This document shows positions 41,926 through 55,009 of a stretch of 64,000 bases of DNA, one piece after another; the stretch's first letter is position 1; every line of letters begins with the position of its first letter. Source of the stretch: Octopus vulgaris (taxonomy: Eukaryota); the NCBI GenBank assembly GCA_951406725.2, contig OX597831.1, positions 3,844,001-3,908,000 of the forward strand. The letters are read 5' to 3'. Made by a program: the position numbers and the translations under genes. The notes beneath the pieces were generated by a model. The model saw only the letters and a program-made list of their open reading frames with translations. It was not told the origin of the DNA and searched no databases.

Positions 41926-42539
41926 CTTGTTGCTAAGTAAAGCTAACTTCTTCACTTTTTCATCTCTCATTACCGTATTGCATCATATTCTTTTTCTTTC
42001 TTTTTAGATTTCCATTTAATAGACTCTAAAATAATTATTATTATGTCTTTCGTTGTTTTTTCATTTTACTACAATGATTTTATTCTTCGAAATCTGCTTT
42101 CACTAAAACCAATCAGACTTACTTTGTTCGAAACTATATGTTAAGACTTATTTATATTATCAGTTCCATCAATTCTTAAATGAAAACTTAACGGATTCGT
42201 CATCCATATTTCTTTGAACGAACCTTTTTTAAAAATTTTAACAATCATTATTTTTTTAATTATTTAAATCTGTTTAAAGTGGAAATATATTCATTTAATG
42301 AATTAATCGCTAAACATGTCGCATTTTAGTGAAAAATGTACACGTGCATCTATCAAAACAAAAAACAATATTCGTGCACCCCCTGTCTCTCTGCACATTG
42401 AAACAAGAAGACCAGATATTTTGGAAGAACTTTTGTCTCCAGTTATGTAATATAATTCTCTTCCGGCAATTTTCCCGGCATTGGATAATTATTAAATTAG
42501 CCTTCTTTCTAGATTACGTGGTATTTTCTTTTTAATATG

Positions 42540-42770
42540 TTTCTTTATTACCCACAAGGGGCTAAACACAGAGGGGACAAACAAGGACAGGCAAAGGGAT
42601 TAAGTCGATTACATCGACCCCGGTGCGTCACTGGTACTTAATTTATCGACCCCGAAAGGATGAAAGGTAAAGTCGACCTCGGCGGGATTTGAACTCAGAA
42701 CGTAACGGCAGACGAAATACGGCTACGCATTTCGCCCGGCGTGCTAACGTTTCTGCCAGCTCACCACCTT
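42540..42770 (-). mobile_element. SINE A, full-length
   Basis: Matches 96-325. Further copies lie at about 18955-19140(-), 21983-22200(+), 44437-44650(+), 44909-45110(+), 45558-45770(+), 48062-48294(+), 49260-49480(-) and 56140-56260(-). Confidence 0.9.
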
Positions 42771-42874
42771 AATTTTCCTTTTAATATATATTTATTTATT
42801 GCTCACAAGAGGCTAAACATAGAGGGGACAAAGAAGAGAACACACACCTTCACTCTCACACACACACACACACA

Positions 42875-42908
<34 letters not shown>

Positions 42909-43516
42909 AATGGACACGTACAAAAAAGATGTACGCATATGTATTGATGTATGTACATATACATGACAACATACACCTTTACTCACTTTCTCTCTCTCTT
43001 TTCCTCTCCTTCCATTTCATATACACGTACATACATCTTTCACTTTAAAACAAAAGTAAATGAATAAAAAATTTTTACGGAAATTAACAAACTCCAGATG
43101 ATGAAAAATATTTCGAGATGATTAAAATATTCTGTACGTCAAAAAGTCGTACTCTAAAGAGCGCAAAGACTATGTGTGTGTATATGCCACAGATAGCGGA
43201 CGTGTGTTTTTGTTCATTGACACGCCATGACACTCATTATATATGTGTGTGTATTCTGTATGTGTGTATGTGTGTTGACGTCACGGAAGCCATATTGTTT
43301 TTCGTCAAGAAATAGCAAAAGTTGTCTTTAATCGTTTAAATAGAGGTCCCAAAAATTTGTACTGCACTGCCGAAGGTAAGTATGAAAAAAAATAAGATAA
43401 AATACACTAGTTCTGAGATATTTCAGTTACACACAAACATCCCTAGAGTTTTAGTACATGTATACATATATGTGTGTGTGTATGTATATATATATATTTG
43501 TATATGCATATATATA

Positions 43517-43569
<53 letters not shown>

Positions 43570-43619
43570 GTTTGGTGCACTTGTGTACATATATATACAT
43601 ACATGTGTATGTGTGTACG

Positions 43620-43650
<31 letters not shown>

Positions 43651-43693
43651 GTATATATATACGTATGTATATATATATATGTATATATATATG

Positions 43694-43752
<59 letters not shown>

Positions 43753-43755
43753 GTA

Positions 43756-43802
<47 letters not shown>

Positions 43803-45857
43803 GAGTGTTGGCCTGCTCGCTTAGCCAGGGGTGGCGTCATTTGAAGGCTAAAACAATGCGAAGTGCATTGTGACCAGCGATGTGTAGCAACATCTGATAG
43901 TCTGATCGGTCACGGTGATCACGGTGATATATGAGTGTATGTATGTATGTATGTATGTGTGTTTGTGTGCGTGTATGTGTGTGTTGGAATATGTGTAAAA
44001 GTTCTTCGTAGTGGCTGCTTTGTGCAGAACCAGCAAGCTGGTTTACTAGCACCTCATTGCCCTTATATATATATATATATATATACGATACTGTGTGTTT
44101 TCTTTTGTTTACTTCTTAAAATTAGGGGCTGCAGCTGATTTGTGAAGCTCACTGATTCAACAGATGGGACGTATAAATTTTTGTTCGCTTGCATCTTTAT
44201 TCTCGTATAATCTCTACCTATGTCATTACTTATTTAGGCCAGTGTATGTCCGCTTTTTCTATATACATCACTCGCGCTGTTTGCCTTTTCTAAAATATTT
44301 TGTAACAGATATCTGTACATTTTCATCTCCTTTGCAAACAGCCTCTCTTCTTTTACCCAATTTTCCCAATAGTTAGCTAACGATACAATTCTCTGTGTTT
44401 GATGCTTATAATCTACTAAGAATATAGTGTTTCTTTAAGGTGGTGATCTTGCAGAATTGTTAGCACGCTGAGTTAAATGCTTAGCGGCATTTCGTCCGTC
44501 TTTACGTTCTGTGCTCAGAGTCCGTCTAGATTGACATTGCACTTCATCCTTTTCAGACCAATAAAATAAGTACTAGTTGAGTGCTGGGGTTGATGTAATC
44601 GACTTACTGTCCCTGCCGGAATTGCTGGCTTTATACAAAAATTTGAAGTCAATATAGTACGTTTCCTCAGATAATTATTTCGGTCCTCCATCAATCTTTC
44701 CCAACAAACTCAAGATTTTTCATACATTTTCCCTCCTGCTGTAATTATGTATGTCTTCGTTTTAAGATATTTTGTTTTTAATTTTTGGACGTTAGCAGTT
44801 TTTGACAAAATAATTCTTTTTGTCTCCAATCTTAATATGACTTAGATCACATTTGCATCTCAGATCTATAGCATTCGCTCACAATTTATGTCAATATATT
44901 TCTATAGTAAGGCGGTGAGATGGCAAGATCGTTTGCACGCCGGGCAAAATGCTTAGCGGCATTGCGTCCGTTTTCACGGTCTAAGTTCAAATTCCGCCCA
45001 GGTTGACTTTGCCTTTCCTAATTTCGGAATAGATAAAATAAGTACCAGTTGAATATTAGGGTCGATGCAATCCCTCGAAATTGTTGGCCATGTGCTAAAA
45101 TTTGAAACCAATATATTGTTGTGTTATGTAAATTGGTTCGTTTCTTTATTTGTCAAATTTTTTCTAAATTCTTTCTCCTTCCTTATCTGTCATATTTAAT
45201 GCTAAACCTCAAAGAGAAAGTCTGTTTCTAAATATAGACTTAAACGGACACAATTTTAACTAAATCTCTCATCACCCCTTCGATCTTTCTTTTCTCCTTG
45301 ATTTGATTTCTTCCTTCCGGGTTATTTCATCGACTCACGGATTTTCCTCATTAATTCAGAGATGATCAAAATTATAGAAACAATCTTATAACCCTAAAAA
45401 CTAAAGTATTATCAAATTAATATACTTAGCTATACTTAAGATACTGAGTGAATATTTGAACAATAACACCGTAAAATTGGTTTTATTTGTTGGGCCTTTC
45501 CTGTTGCAATAGTGAAAATGTAGAAACAGAAAACAGTATACAAATGAGAAAGGGGATAAGAGCGGCAAGCTGGCAGAATTGTTATCGCGCCGGATAAAAT
45601 GTTTATCGGCAAATCTTCCGACTTTACGTTTAAAGCTCAAAGGCTGCCGGGATCGACTTTGCCTTTCATTCTTTCGGGATTCGATAAAATAAATACCAGT
45701 TGAGCATTGGAGCTTGATGTAATCGACTACCTGTTACCCCAAAATTGCCGGCCTTGTGCCAAAATTTGAAAATAATGTATAAAGATGTACGCATGCATTT
45801 ATGTTTGTATGTGTCTGTGTGCGTGCGTGCTTGTGTGTATATGTGTGTGTGTACCAG

Positions 45858-46268
<411 letters not shown>

Positions 46269-46349
46269 ATGAATGAGAAAAAAGAAAACAATGGAGAAAT
46301 TTACATATAGACATCAGATTATTCGAAAATATTCAAATCAATATAATAT

Positions 46350-46465
46350 GAAATTCTTATCCCTACAGCGTTTCCATATACAATTAATCAATTTGAGAAA
46401 TTAAATTCATTAAAATTTTTCCTATTGAAACTGGTTAATTGAGTATTTCATCAGGGGAGAATTTC
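46350..46465 (-). ncRNA. Candidate type I hammerhead ribozyme
   Basis: gaaattct-ccc-CTGATGA-long helix II (caattaa/ttaattg, cagttt/aaattg)-GAAA-cgctg-TA|ggg-ata-agaatttc. Helix I is 3+8 bp around a 3-nt bulge and the triplet is GUA. Confidence 0.72.
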
Positions 46466-46713
46466 CTGAAAGTGTACATTCCAACATGTTGGTCGACCCT
46501 TGACAGACTCAGATATGTGCGTTTTTGGTAATGTATGTATTTAAAAAAAAACCGTTATGAGCATATTCATACAAACTTATAAACAAATACTTATAAACAA
46601 TGCTTATAGACATTGAATATGCAAATAAAGCTCCTATTCCATTATGCTGGTCATCGACTAATGATGCTGACCAGTGAACCAGTTTCTCGGGGTTACATCA
46701 AGTTATACCGATA

Positions 46714-47053
46714 TCTTGGCATCACTTCGCTGACGACGATTAGGAAAGCTTTTGTCCACGTCGTCTGCACGCTCGTTCGTGACTGGTAAAAGCCGATGTG
46801 GGATCGACATATCTGATTGCAGTGATGACAGGCGTATGACATGTTGTTCAGGGTCTGATGATGCAGCTGCATTAGTTTTTCGCCGCAGACGTTTATCTTC
46901 AAGGGATGCACTGCGAGAGATCTCAAAGGAGGAAACAACATCGCTGATGGTATGGCGCCAAGCGACGCGGTCAGCTGTTAGAGTGGGCTATTCACGATAA
47001 CCAATGTCACAAACGCTAAGGCAGTCCTTGTAACGCTTCCTTAGTGCTCCCCT
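46714..47053 (-). mobile_element. RTE-clade LINE 3' fragment
   Basis: RGALRKRYKDCL...ADRVAWRHTI...FE...LEDKRLRRK, then a frameshifted zinc-finger-like YACHHCNQICRSHIG. Ends atcgtcgtcagcgaagtgatgccaaga. Confidence 0.85.
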
Positions 47054-47126
47054 ATATAATTTAGGATAAATATAATAATAATAATAATAACAATAACCCT
47101 AAGATGGAATTTATAAACATTTAATG

Positions 47127-47262
47127 CATCGCTACGGGCGTTTCCACAAATCGCATGACTTTTAAGATCACAATCCGTATTCCTGAGATCATTACAGTGT
47201 AGTCCGTAGTATCCTTGGGCATCCGGTTGATCATCATCATTGATTCATTTCTTCAGGCGATA
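47127..47262 (-). ncRNA. Candidate type I hammerhead ribozyme with a very long helix II
   Basis: tatcgc-CTGAAGA-a-atgaatc...gatttgt-g-GAAA-cgcccg-TA|gcgatg. Helix I is 6 bp, helix II continues through atgat/gtcat and gatca/tgatc, and the triplet is GUA. Confidence 0.68.
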
Positions 47263-47354
47263 TAACATTAGTGGATGAACCACAAGCATGTTTTTCTCTT
47301 TTATCAGTCCGAAGGTCAGGTGAGATCTGTGGGTATTGCGTATATGATGGGGAG

Positions 47355-47427
<73 letters not shown>

Positions 47428-47428
47428 T

Positions 47429-47469
<41 letters not shown>

Positions 47470-48649
47470 TATTATATATGAAGTATGTGAACTACATACA
47501 TATGTACATATATGTGTGTGCATTTGTGCGTTTGTTTGTTCCCACCACCATTGACGACCAGTGTTGGTTTGTTTACGTCCTTATAACTTAGCAGTCTGGC
47601 AAAAGGAATATACAGCAAGTACTATACTTAAAAAAAAAAAGGAAGTGCTGGTGTGGATTTGTTTGGTTAAAACCCTTCATAGCAGTGCCTTAGCATGGCC
47701 GTAGTCCACTGATTGAAACAGGTAAAAGAGAAAAAAAAGGTGAAAGAAAAAGAAAAAGAAAGCAGTAGAACGTATACGGGTCTAAACAACTGACGATGTA
47801 CGTGAAGCTCTACTAGAGTCACGACGTAAACAAATGCGTCATTACATGCTTGCACTTCCCTGGCTGCCTTGTAATATCTCAAAAGGAAAATGGGATGTAA
47901 TTGATCTATTTGACAAGCAATAATTAAGGTTGATTTCAGGATCAAATGTTACAGCATGTTAAGATGAGATGAACTGCCAGGAAGACGGTGTTAATGGAGG
48001 AAACTACACTTCAGGGGTATAATTGTGACGTATGCTGTTACGTTTGTATGCCTTACATTTTAAGGCGGCGAGCTGGCAGAATCGGTAGCACGTTGGGCGA
48101 AATGCTGAGCGGTATTTCGTCTGCCCACTACGTTCTGAGTTCAAATTCCGCCGAGGTCGACTTTGCCTTTCATCCTTTCGGGGTCGATTAAATAAATACC
48201 AGTTAGGCACTGGGGTCGATGTAATCGACTTAACCCGTTTGTCTGTCCTTGTTTGTCCTCTCTGTGTTTAGCCCCTTGTAGGTAGTAAAGAAATAGTATG
48301 CTGTTGCATTTGGTTTCTCGCATGCCGGTCTTTCAAGTCGTAAGAGGAACCGAACCATACAGGGAGAATGAATAAGCGTAGGGTGTGATTATGATCAATG
48401 TAAGCAAGTGGTGTCTTTTACATGGGGTGTCGAATATTGGAAGGTACTGCAAGATTAAATCTGGTGTCACTGGTTATTCAGAATTCCACAACAACAATAA
48501 CACAACATACGTCCAAGTGGAACAAAACACGTGGGTGTCATAATTCTAATAAAAACTGCAGGTCGTTAGCAGGGCTCAAGAGTCACTGCAGAATATATAA
48601 GCTGAAATAAGAAGGTGTAATTTCCAGAAATGGCGATTCTGAGTATCTA

Positions 48650-48747
<98 letters not shown>

Positions 48748-49167
48748 ATGTATGTACGTATGTATTATGTATGTATTATGTATGTATATTTTTATGATAT
48801 GTATGCAGGCGTGTGTTTAAGCATGTATGTATGTATATACGACTGTACGTACATACGTACGTATGTATGAATAATGTATGTATTTATATATGTATATATG
48901 TATGTATATATGAATGTATGTATCATGTAAACCTGAATATATGTATGCATGTATCGTATACATACATGTATTATGAAACCGTGTATGCATGCATATCTGA
49001 ATGTTTGTATGCGAGGATGTATGCATGTAAGTCTATCTGTCTGTCTGTTTGTATGCATATTCCAAGTTGCAGGCCACATTTTTGCACCTTGGTAGCTTAT
49101 GTTTTGCAGCATACATACATACATACATACATACATACATACATACATACATACATACATACATACA

Positions 49168-49203
<36 letters not shown>

Positions 49204-49959
49204 TATATTATATAAAGTTATACTAGCTGTGAGACATTGACTTGGTTGTGTATAATAAATGGTTTCAAATTTTGGTACAAGATAAGCAATTTCAGGGAAG
49301 GACGCTAGCCGATTATATCGACCCCAGTGTTCAACTCGTAGATATTTTATCAATCCCCGAAAGGATAAAAAGCGAAGTCAACTTCGGCGGAATTTGAACT
49401 AAAAAAAAAATGTTAAGTCAGAAGAAATGCCGCTAAACGTTTTGCTCGGCGAGCTGACGATTCTGCTAGCTCACAGCCTTTTTGTTGTGAATAATTATTA
49501 AGAGGAAATTTGAAACAATTCCTCGAATTGTCTAATTGCAGCGAGTCTGAGTGAAGCAAGGAGTTCGTAATTTTTTCTAAAAGACCCGAGACTGTTAGCA
49601 TCTTTTAAAAGCAATTTATACAAAATATACTGTATTCATTTGAGACTGTTTATTAAATTAGGTATTAATAAATCCGGACAAGGGCGGATATTGCTGCTAG
49701 TATAACATAAATGCTAAGTAACAATATACTGTGTTTATAAACAACATCAGGAATCTGATATAGAAATAAGTTAACCATTTGCCTATCCTATGTAACACAT
49801 GTGATATACAGGACGTATTTCACTGGTGTCCATGCATCATATATCATATGCATTCCCAATTTTTTTCAGCCGCCATATTAACTAGTGTTAAGCTTCGTAT
49901 TACTCAGAACATATTAAACAAGGCCTACTTAAAAGTCTGTAAATAAGCATAGAATCTCT

Positions 49960-50372
49960 CTTTTACTCTCTCTTTTACTTGTTTCAGTCATTTGACTGCG
50001 GCCATGCTGGAGCACCGCTTTTTAGTCGAGCAAATCGACCCCAGGACTTATTCTTTGTAAGCCTAGTACTTATCCTATCGGTCTCTTTTGCCGAACCGCT
50101 AAGTAACAGGGACGTAAACACACCAGCATCGGTTGTCAAGTGATGTTGGGGAGACAAACACAGACACACAAACACACACACACATATATACATATATATA
50201 TATATACAACGGGCTTCTTTCAGTTTCCGCCTACCAAATCCACTCACAAGGCTTTGGTCGACCCGAGGCTATAGTAGAAGACACTTGCCCAAGGTGCCAC
50301 GTAGTGGGACTGAACCCGGAACTGTGTGGTTGGTAAGCAAGCTACTTACCACACAGCCACTCCTGCGCCTAT
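49960..50372 (-). mobile_element. SINE B, full-length
   Basis: Close to the other copies. More lie at about 54798-55148(+), 55701-56092(+), 57825-57980(-) and 61997-62368(+). Confidence 0.92.
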
Positions 50373-51364
50373 ATAGGATAAATTTAGGATAAATTTAGGA
50401 TAAATTTATAAAATTACTTTGGACCGTTAAATGGTCAAGAAGTATATACCATGAAAAAGAATCGGTAGAACATCTGGGAAAATATATTACGGTATTGGGT
50501 CATTATAAACTCTTGGTGCAATTTTAAATTTATATAATTTAGTACTTGTGAAAAGAGCAAGTCAAAGAATTTTAAGATTTAAAAAAAAAAAACGTATTCT
50601 TGAAATGATTAATTTTAAACCTGTTTTCTGTTATTACAGCTACACACTGTGATTCTATTTTGAAGTTCTAGGAATAGATTTGCAGCTGATTTTTCTACTA
50701 TTCGTTACCCTAGTTTTCAAGTCAGCTTTAGAATGATATTGAGCTGAATAAACAGCCTTTTACATGTCTCAAAAAAAAAAAAAAAAAAAAAAGAAGTAAT
50801 TATTTAACATTTTTTTAAAAAATCAATAATTATAATAAAATCTTTTGACTGACAACGCTGCTAAAGAAAAATAGATGCATTAGGCATCTAAATCATAAAG
50901 AGAGAATTAATGATAAAAATATATTAAATTCAAATAAGTCTCCTGTAAACGATGTATCTCGAATGCCAATTCATCTATAAACTAGCTGATAATGCATAGA
51001 GTTAAAAATCCCCTTAGACGGGAAAGCTGCCTGCGGAACACGAACCACGCATCTATTGAAACAAAGATAAGTAGCTGTCTGCTATTTATGCGTCCATGCG
51101 GGGTTTGGCTTTGTGTATTTGTTTTTTTTCTTGAGCTTCAGAACTCATACGGCTGGCTGGTTACCCTCTTTCAATGGCGTATGAGTGGCCGAGGTCACAA
51201 CAATCCGCCTGAAAGGTGTCGATAAAATTAGTACCAGTTGAGCGATGGGGGTCGATGTAATCGACTAGGCCCCACTCCTCCGGCCAAAATGAAAAAAATA
51301 AAAAACAAAAACGTCAGGCCTGGTGCCTATAGTGGAAAGAATTATTATTTGTAGCAGTAGAAAT

Positions 51365-51419
<55 letters not shown>

Positions 51420-51446
51420 ACATCATCATCATCATCATCATCGTCG

Positions 51447-51518
<72 letters not shown>

Positions 51519-51621
51519 TCATCATCATCACCACCATCATCATCATCAGTAGTAGTAGCAGTAGCAGCAATAGCAGTAGTAGAAGTAGTAGTAAAATAAA
51601 CAGAAACATTAATAGTCTTCC

Positions 51622-52620
51622 TCGGTGAGCTGGTGGAATCGTTATCGCGCCGGACAAAATGCTTAGTAACTTTTCTTCCGGATTTATTTTCTGAGTTCAA
51701 ATGCTGCCGAGGTCGACTTTGTCTTTCATCGATGAAATAAATACCAGTCATGTACTGGGGTCGAAGTAATCAATTAAACCCCGTCCCCCAAAATTTCAGG
51801 TTCCGTGGCTATAGCAGAAAGGTTTATAATTATTTTTAAGGCGGCGAGTTGGCAGAACCGTTAGCATGCCGGACAAAATGTATAGCTGCATTTCGTCCGT
51901 CTTTACATTCTGAGTTCACATTCCGTCTAAGTCTCTTTACTTGTTAGTCTTTCGGGGTCGATAAAATAAGTACCAGCTGAGTACTGGGGTCGATGTAATC
52001 GACTTAACCCCTTACCCCGAAATGGTTTGCCCTGTGTCAGAATTTGAAATCATTATTATTATTTTTAGCTGTAATAAAGGCGGTGAGGTGGCAGAAACGT
52101 TAAGCACACCGGGCGAAATGCTTAGCCGTATTTCGTCTGCCGTTACGTTCTGAGTTCAAATTCCGCCGAGGTCGACTTTGCCTTTCATCCTTTAGGGGTC
52201 GATAAATTAAGGACCAGTTACGCACTGGGGTCGATATAATCGACTTAATCCGTGTGTCTGTCCTTGTTTGTCCTCTTTGTGTTTAGCCCCTTGTGGGTAG
52301 TACAGAAATAGGTATTTCGTCCCTCTTTACGTTCTGAGTTCAAATTCCACCGAGGTCGACTTTGACTTTCATCCTTTCGGGATCGATAAATTAAGTACTG
52401 GGGTCGATGTAATCGACTTTATATCATTGTCTGTCCTTGTTTGTCCCCTCTATGTTTAGCCCGTGTGGGCAATAAAGAAATAAGAATCGTTAGCACGCCG
52501 GGCGAAATGCTTAGTGACATTTCGGCCGTCTTTACGTTCTGGGATCAAATTCCGCCGAGGTCGACTGTGTCTTTCATTCTTTTGGTCTCGATAAAATAGT
52601 ACCAACAGAATACTGGGGTC
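51622..52620 (+). mobile_element. Cluster and multimer of about five SINE A units
   Basis: Heads at about 51622, 51838 and 52077; headless restarts at about 52311 and 52483. Confidence 0.88.
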
Positions 52621-52712
52621 CATGAAATTGATGAACTTGTGCAAAAATGTGAAGCCATCATCAGTCGTAATAACAACAACAGTAGTAGTATGTTATTTTA
52701 TTTATTTATGCG

Positions 52713-53017
52713 CCCTTTTCAAGCCTAGCCAGGCTCCTGGGCCCGGTTTCCCGGTTTCTATGGCGTATGTGTTCCCCCCCCCCCAGCTGGAGGGGACGCC
52801 AGTCCATCGCAACGTTACTCAAGAAACAGGAAGAAAGAGTGAGAGAAAGTTGGGGGCAAAAGAGTAAAACAGGGGTCGCCACTACCCCCTAGCGGAGCTT
52901 CGTGGAGCTCTAGGTGTTTTCGCTCAATAAACACACACAACGCCCGGTCTGGGAGTCGAAACCGCGATCCTCTGACCGCGAGTCCGCTGACCTAACCACT
53001 GGGCCATTGCATCTCCG
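52713..53017 (-). mobile_element. SINE with family C head and the tail type of 15728-16136
   Basis: Head caatggcccagtggttagg...ggtttcgactcccagacc and tail gaaaccgggaaaccgggccc. Confidence 0.82.
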
Positions 53018-53477
53018 CAGTAGTATGTTAAATAGAACCATTAATATTCCAAAGCTCCCTCTCTCCCATGCTCTTAGTCTATCTTTGCTCGCCGTGTACT
53101 CTGAGTATAGACCCTGCTTCTTCAGTAGGTTATTTTATTCCCCGTCCCTTGAATTTTAAGCAGAACCAGAGCTGACTAGCTTTGCAGTATTTGGAGAAGT
53201 TAACCGCCACGGGCTGGCAAGAATTTCGATAATCCCGCAGTTCACCTTCACAGAGCCATGTCAGAAATATTTGTTTGCCATGGTGTAATGCCCTGGGATA
53301 AATATTGTGTTTGCAAGTCTTACGGGCCGCAAACAGAAAAAGAAAATTTAAAAAAATGCAAAAAAATACTCACAAAATCTCACAAGGTATAGAGGACAGG
53401 GAGGAGGGTGGGGTGAACGGAAGGAAGAAGAGAAGAAAGCTTAAGCGAAGGTGGATGGATAAGGTAGAAGGCGGAGG

Positions 53478-53978
53478 GAAGAAGAAGACGAAGAAGAAGG
53501 AGAGGAAGAAGAAGAAGAAGGAGAAGGAGAAGAAGAAGGAGAGGAAGAAGAAGAAGAAGAAGAAGAAGAAGGAGAAGAAGAAGAAGAAGAAGAAAAGGAA
53601 GAAGAAGAAGACGAAGAAGAAGAAGAAGAAGGAGAAGAAGAAGAAGAAGAAGGAGAAGAAGAAGGAGAGGAAGAAGGAAGAAGAAAAGGAAGAAGGAGAA
53701 GAAGAAGACGAAGAAGAAAAGGAAGAAGAAGAAGAAGAAGAAAAGGAAGAAGAAGAGGGTAGAAGAAAAGGAAGAAGAAGAAAAAGAAGAAGAAAAAGAA
53801 GAAGAAGAAAAGGAAGGAGAAGAAGAAGACGAAGAAGAAGAAGAAGAAGACGAAGAAGAGGAATAAGAAGACGAGGAGGAGGAAGAAGGAGAAGAGGAAG
53901 AAGAAGAAGAAGAAGAAGAAGAAGAAGACGAAGAAGAGGAATAAGAAGACGAGGAGGAGGAAGAAGGAGAAGAGGAAG
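53478..53978. repeat. (GAA)n polypurine tract with higher-order duplication
   Basis: Seen directly. Almost purely purine on the plus strand. Confidence 0.95.
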
Positions 53979-54964
53979 TGTAGCAAAATAAAAAAAAAAT
54001 GAAGAAAAAACACAGAAGACAATTATGGAATGGGTTGACAAAATCTTTTGATCCGTTTCTGTAGAGTCGAGCGGTGTAGATGAAAGAATGTCGTCACGAC
54101 TTGTGTGTGTGTGTGCATGTGTGTTTGTGTGTGTGTGTGTGGGTGTGTGTGTGTGTATGTGTGTGTATGTGTGTGTGTGTGAGTGTGCGTTTGCATGTGT
54201 GTATGTGTGTGCGTACGTGCGCTCATGACTGTGTTTTTTGTGTACACGTGTCTATGTGTATGTATGCATATAGGTGCGCATGTTTGTGTGTGCACGCACA
54301 TGTGTGTGTGTGTATGTGTGTGTGCATATGTGTATGTGCGTATGTGCGTGTGTGTGTGTGCGCGCGCGTCTTACATAAAAGAAAACCAATATTTGGTTAT
54401 CAAGAACCAGTCAATATTCAGAATAGTTGTCATAAAAGAGGATGTAGGCTATTTTGGAACGTCTCGTGTTTGATTTACCGGTGAAATTAGGAAATATAAG
54501 GAGCAAAAAAATACCAATAAAAATAGAAAATTACAAAGAAAATCCCCCTTTCTCCAAAAAGTGAAAAAAAAAAACAAAAAAAAAAAATGGAAAAGAAAAT
54601 TACCAATTCATCTAAATTTTAGAACTGGAATCCGAAAAGCAGTAGCAACGTCTTGCTACCTTAGTTCACATTTCAAATAGGCCAACATAAGCTCGAGAAT
54701 GCTATGCTGTGTTGCAGCGTACAGAGAGCCACCCACACATAGAAATCTCAATCGCAAAAAGTAAAGAAAAAGGAAAGAGAAACATATATAGGGGAAGAAG
54801 GAGTGGCTGTGTGGTAAGTAGCTTGCTAACCAACCACACGGTTCCGGGTTCAGTCCCACTGCGTGGCATCTTGGGCAAGTGTCTTCTGCTATAGCTCCGG
54901 ACCGACCAATGCCTTGTGAGTGGATTTGGTAGACGGAAACTGAAAGAAGCCTGTCGTATATATG

Positions 54965-55009
<45 letters not shown>

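Noticed and set aside
49674-49701. Short hairpin followed by CTAG-T, like a Helitron 3' end
   Set aside because: The stem is only 4 bp, and no 5' end or second copy was identified.
53305-53991. 228-aa K/E/R-rich ORF resembling a protamine or nucleolar protein
   Set aside because: It is a (GAA)n-derived tract open in several frames and on both strands, starts at TTG and has no splice evidence.
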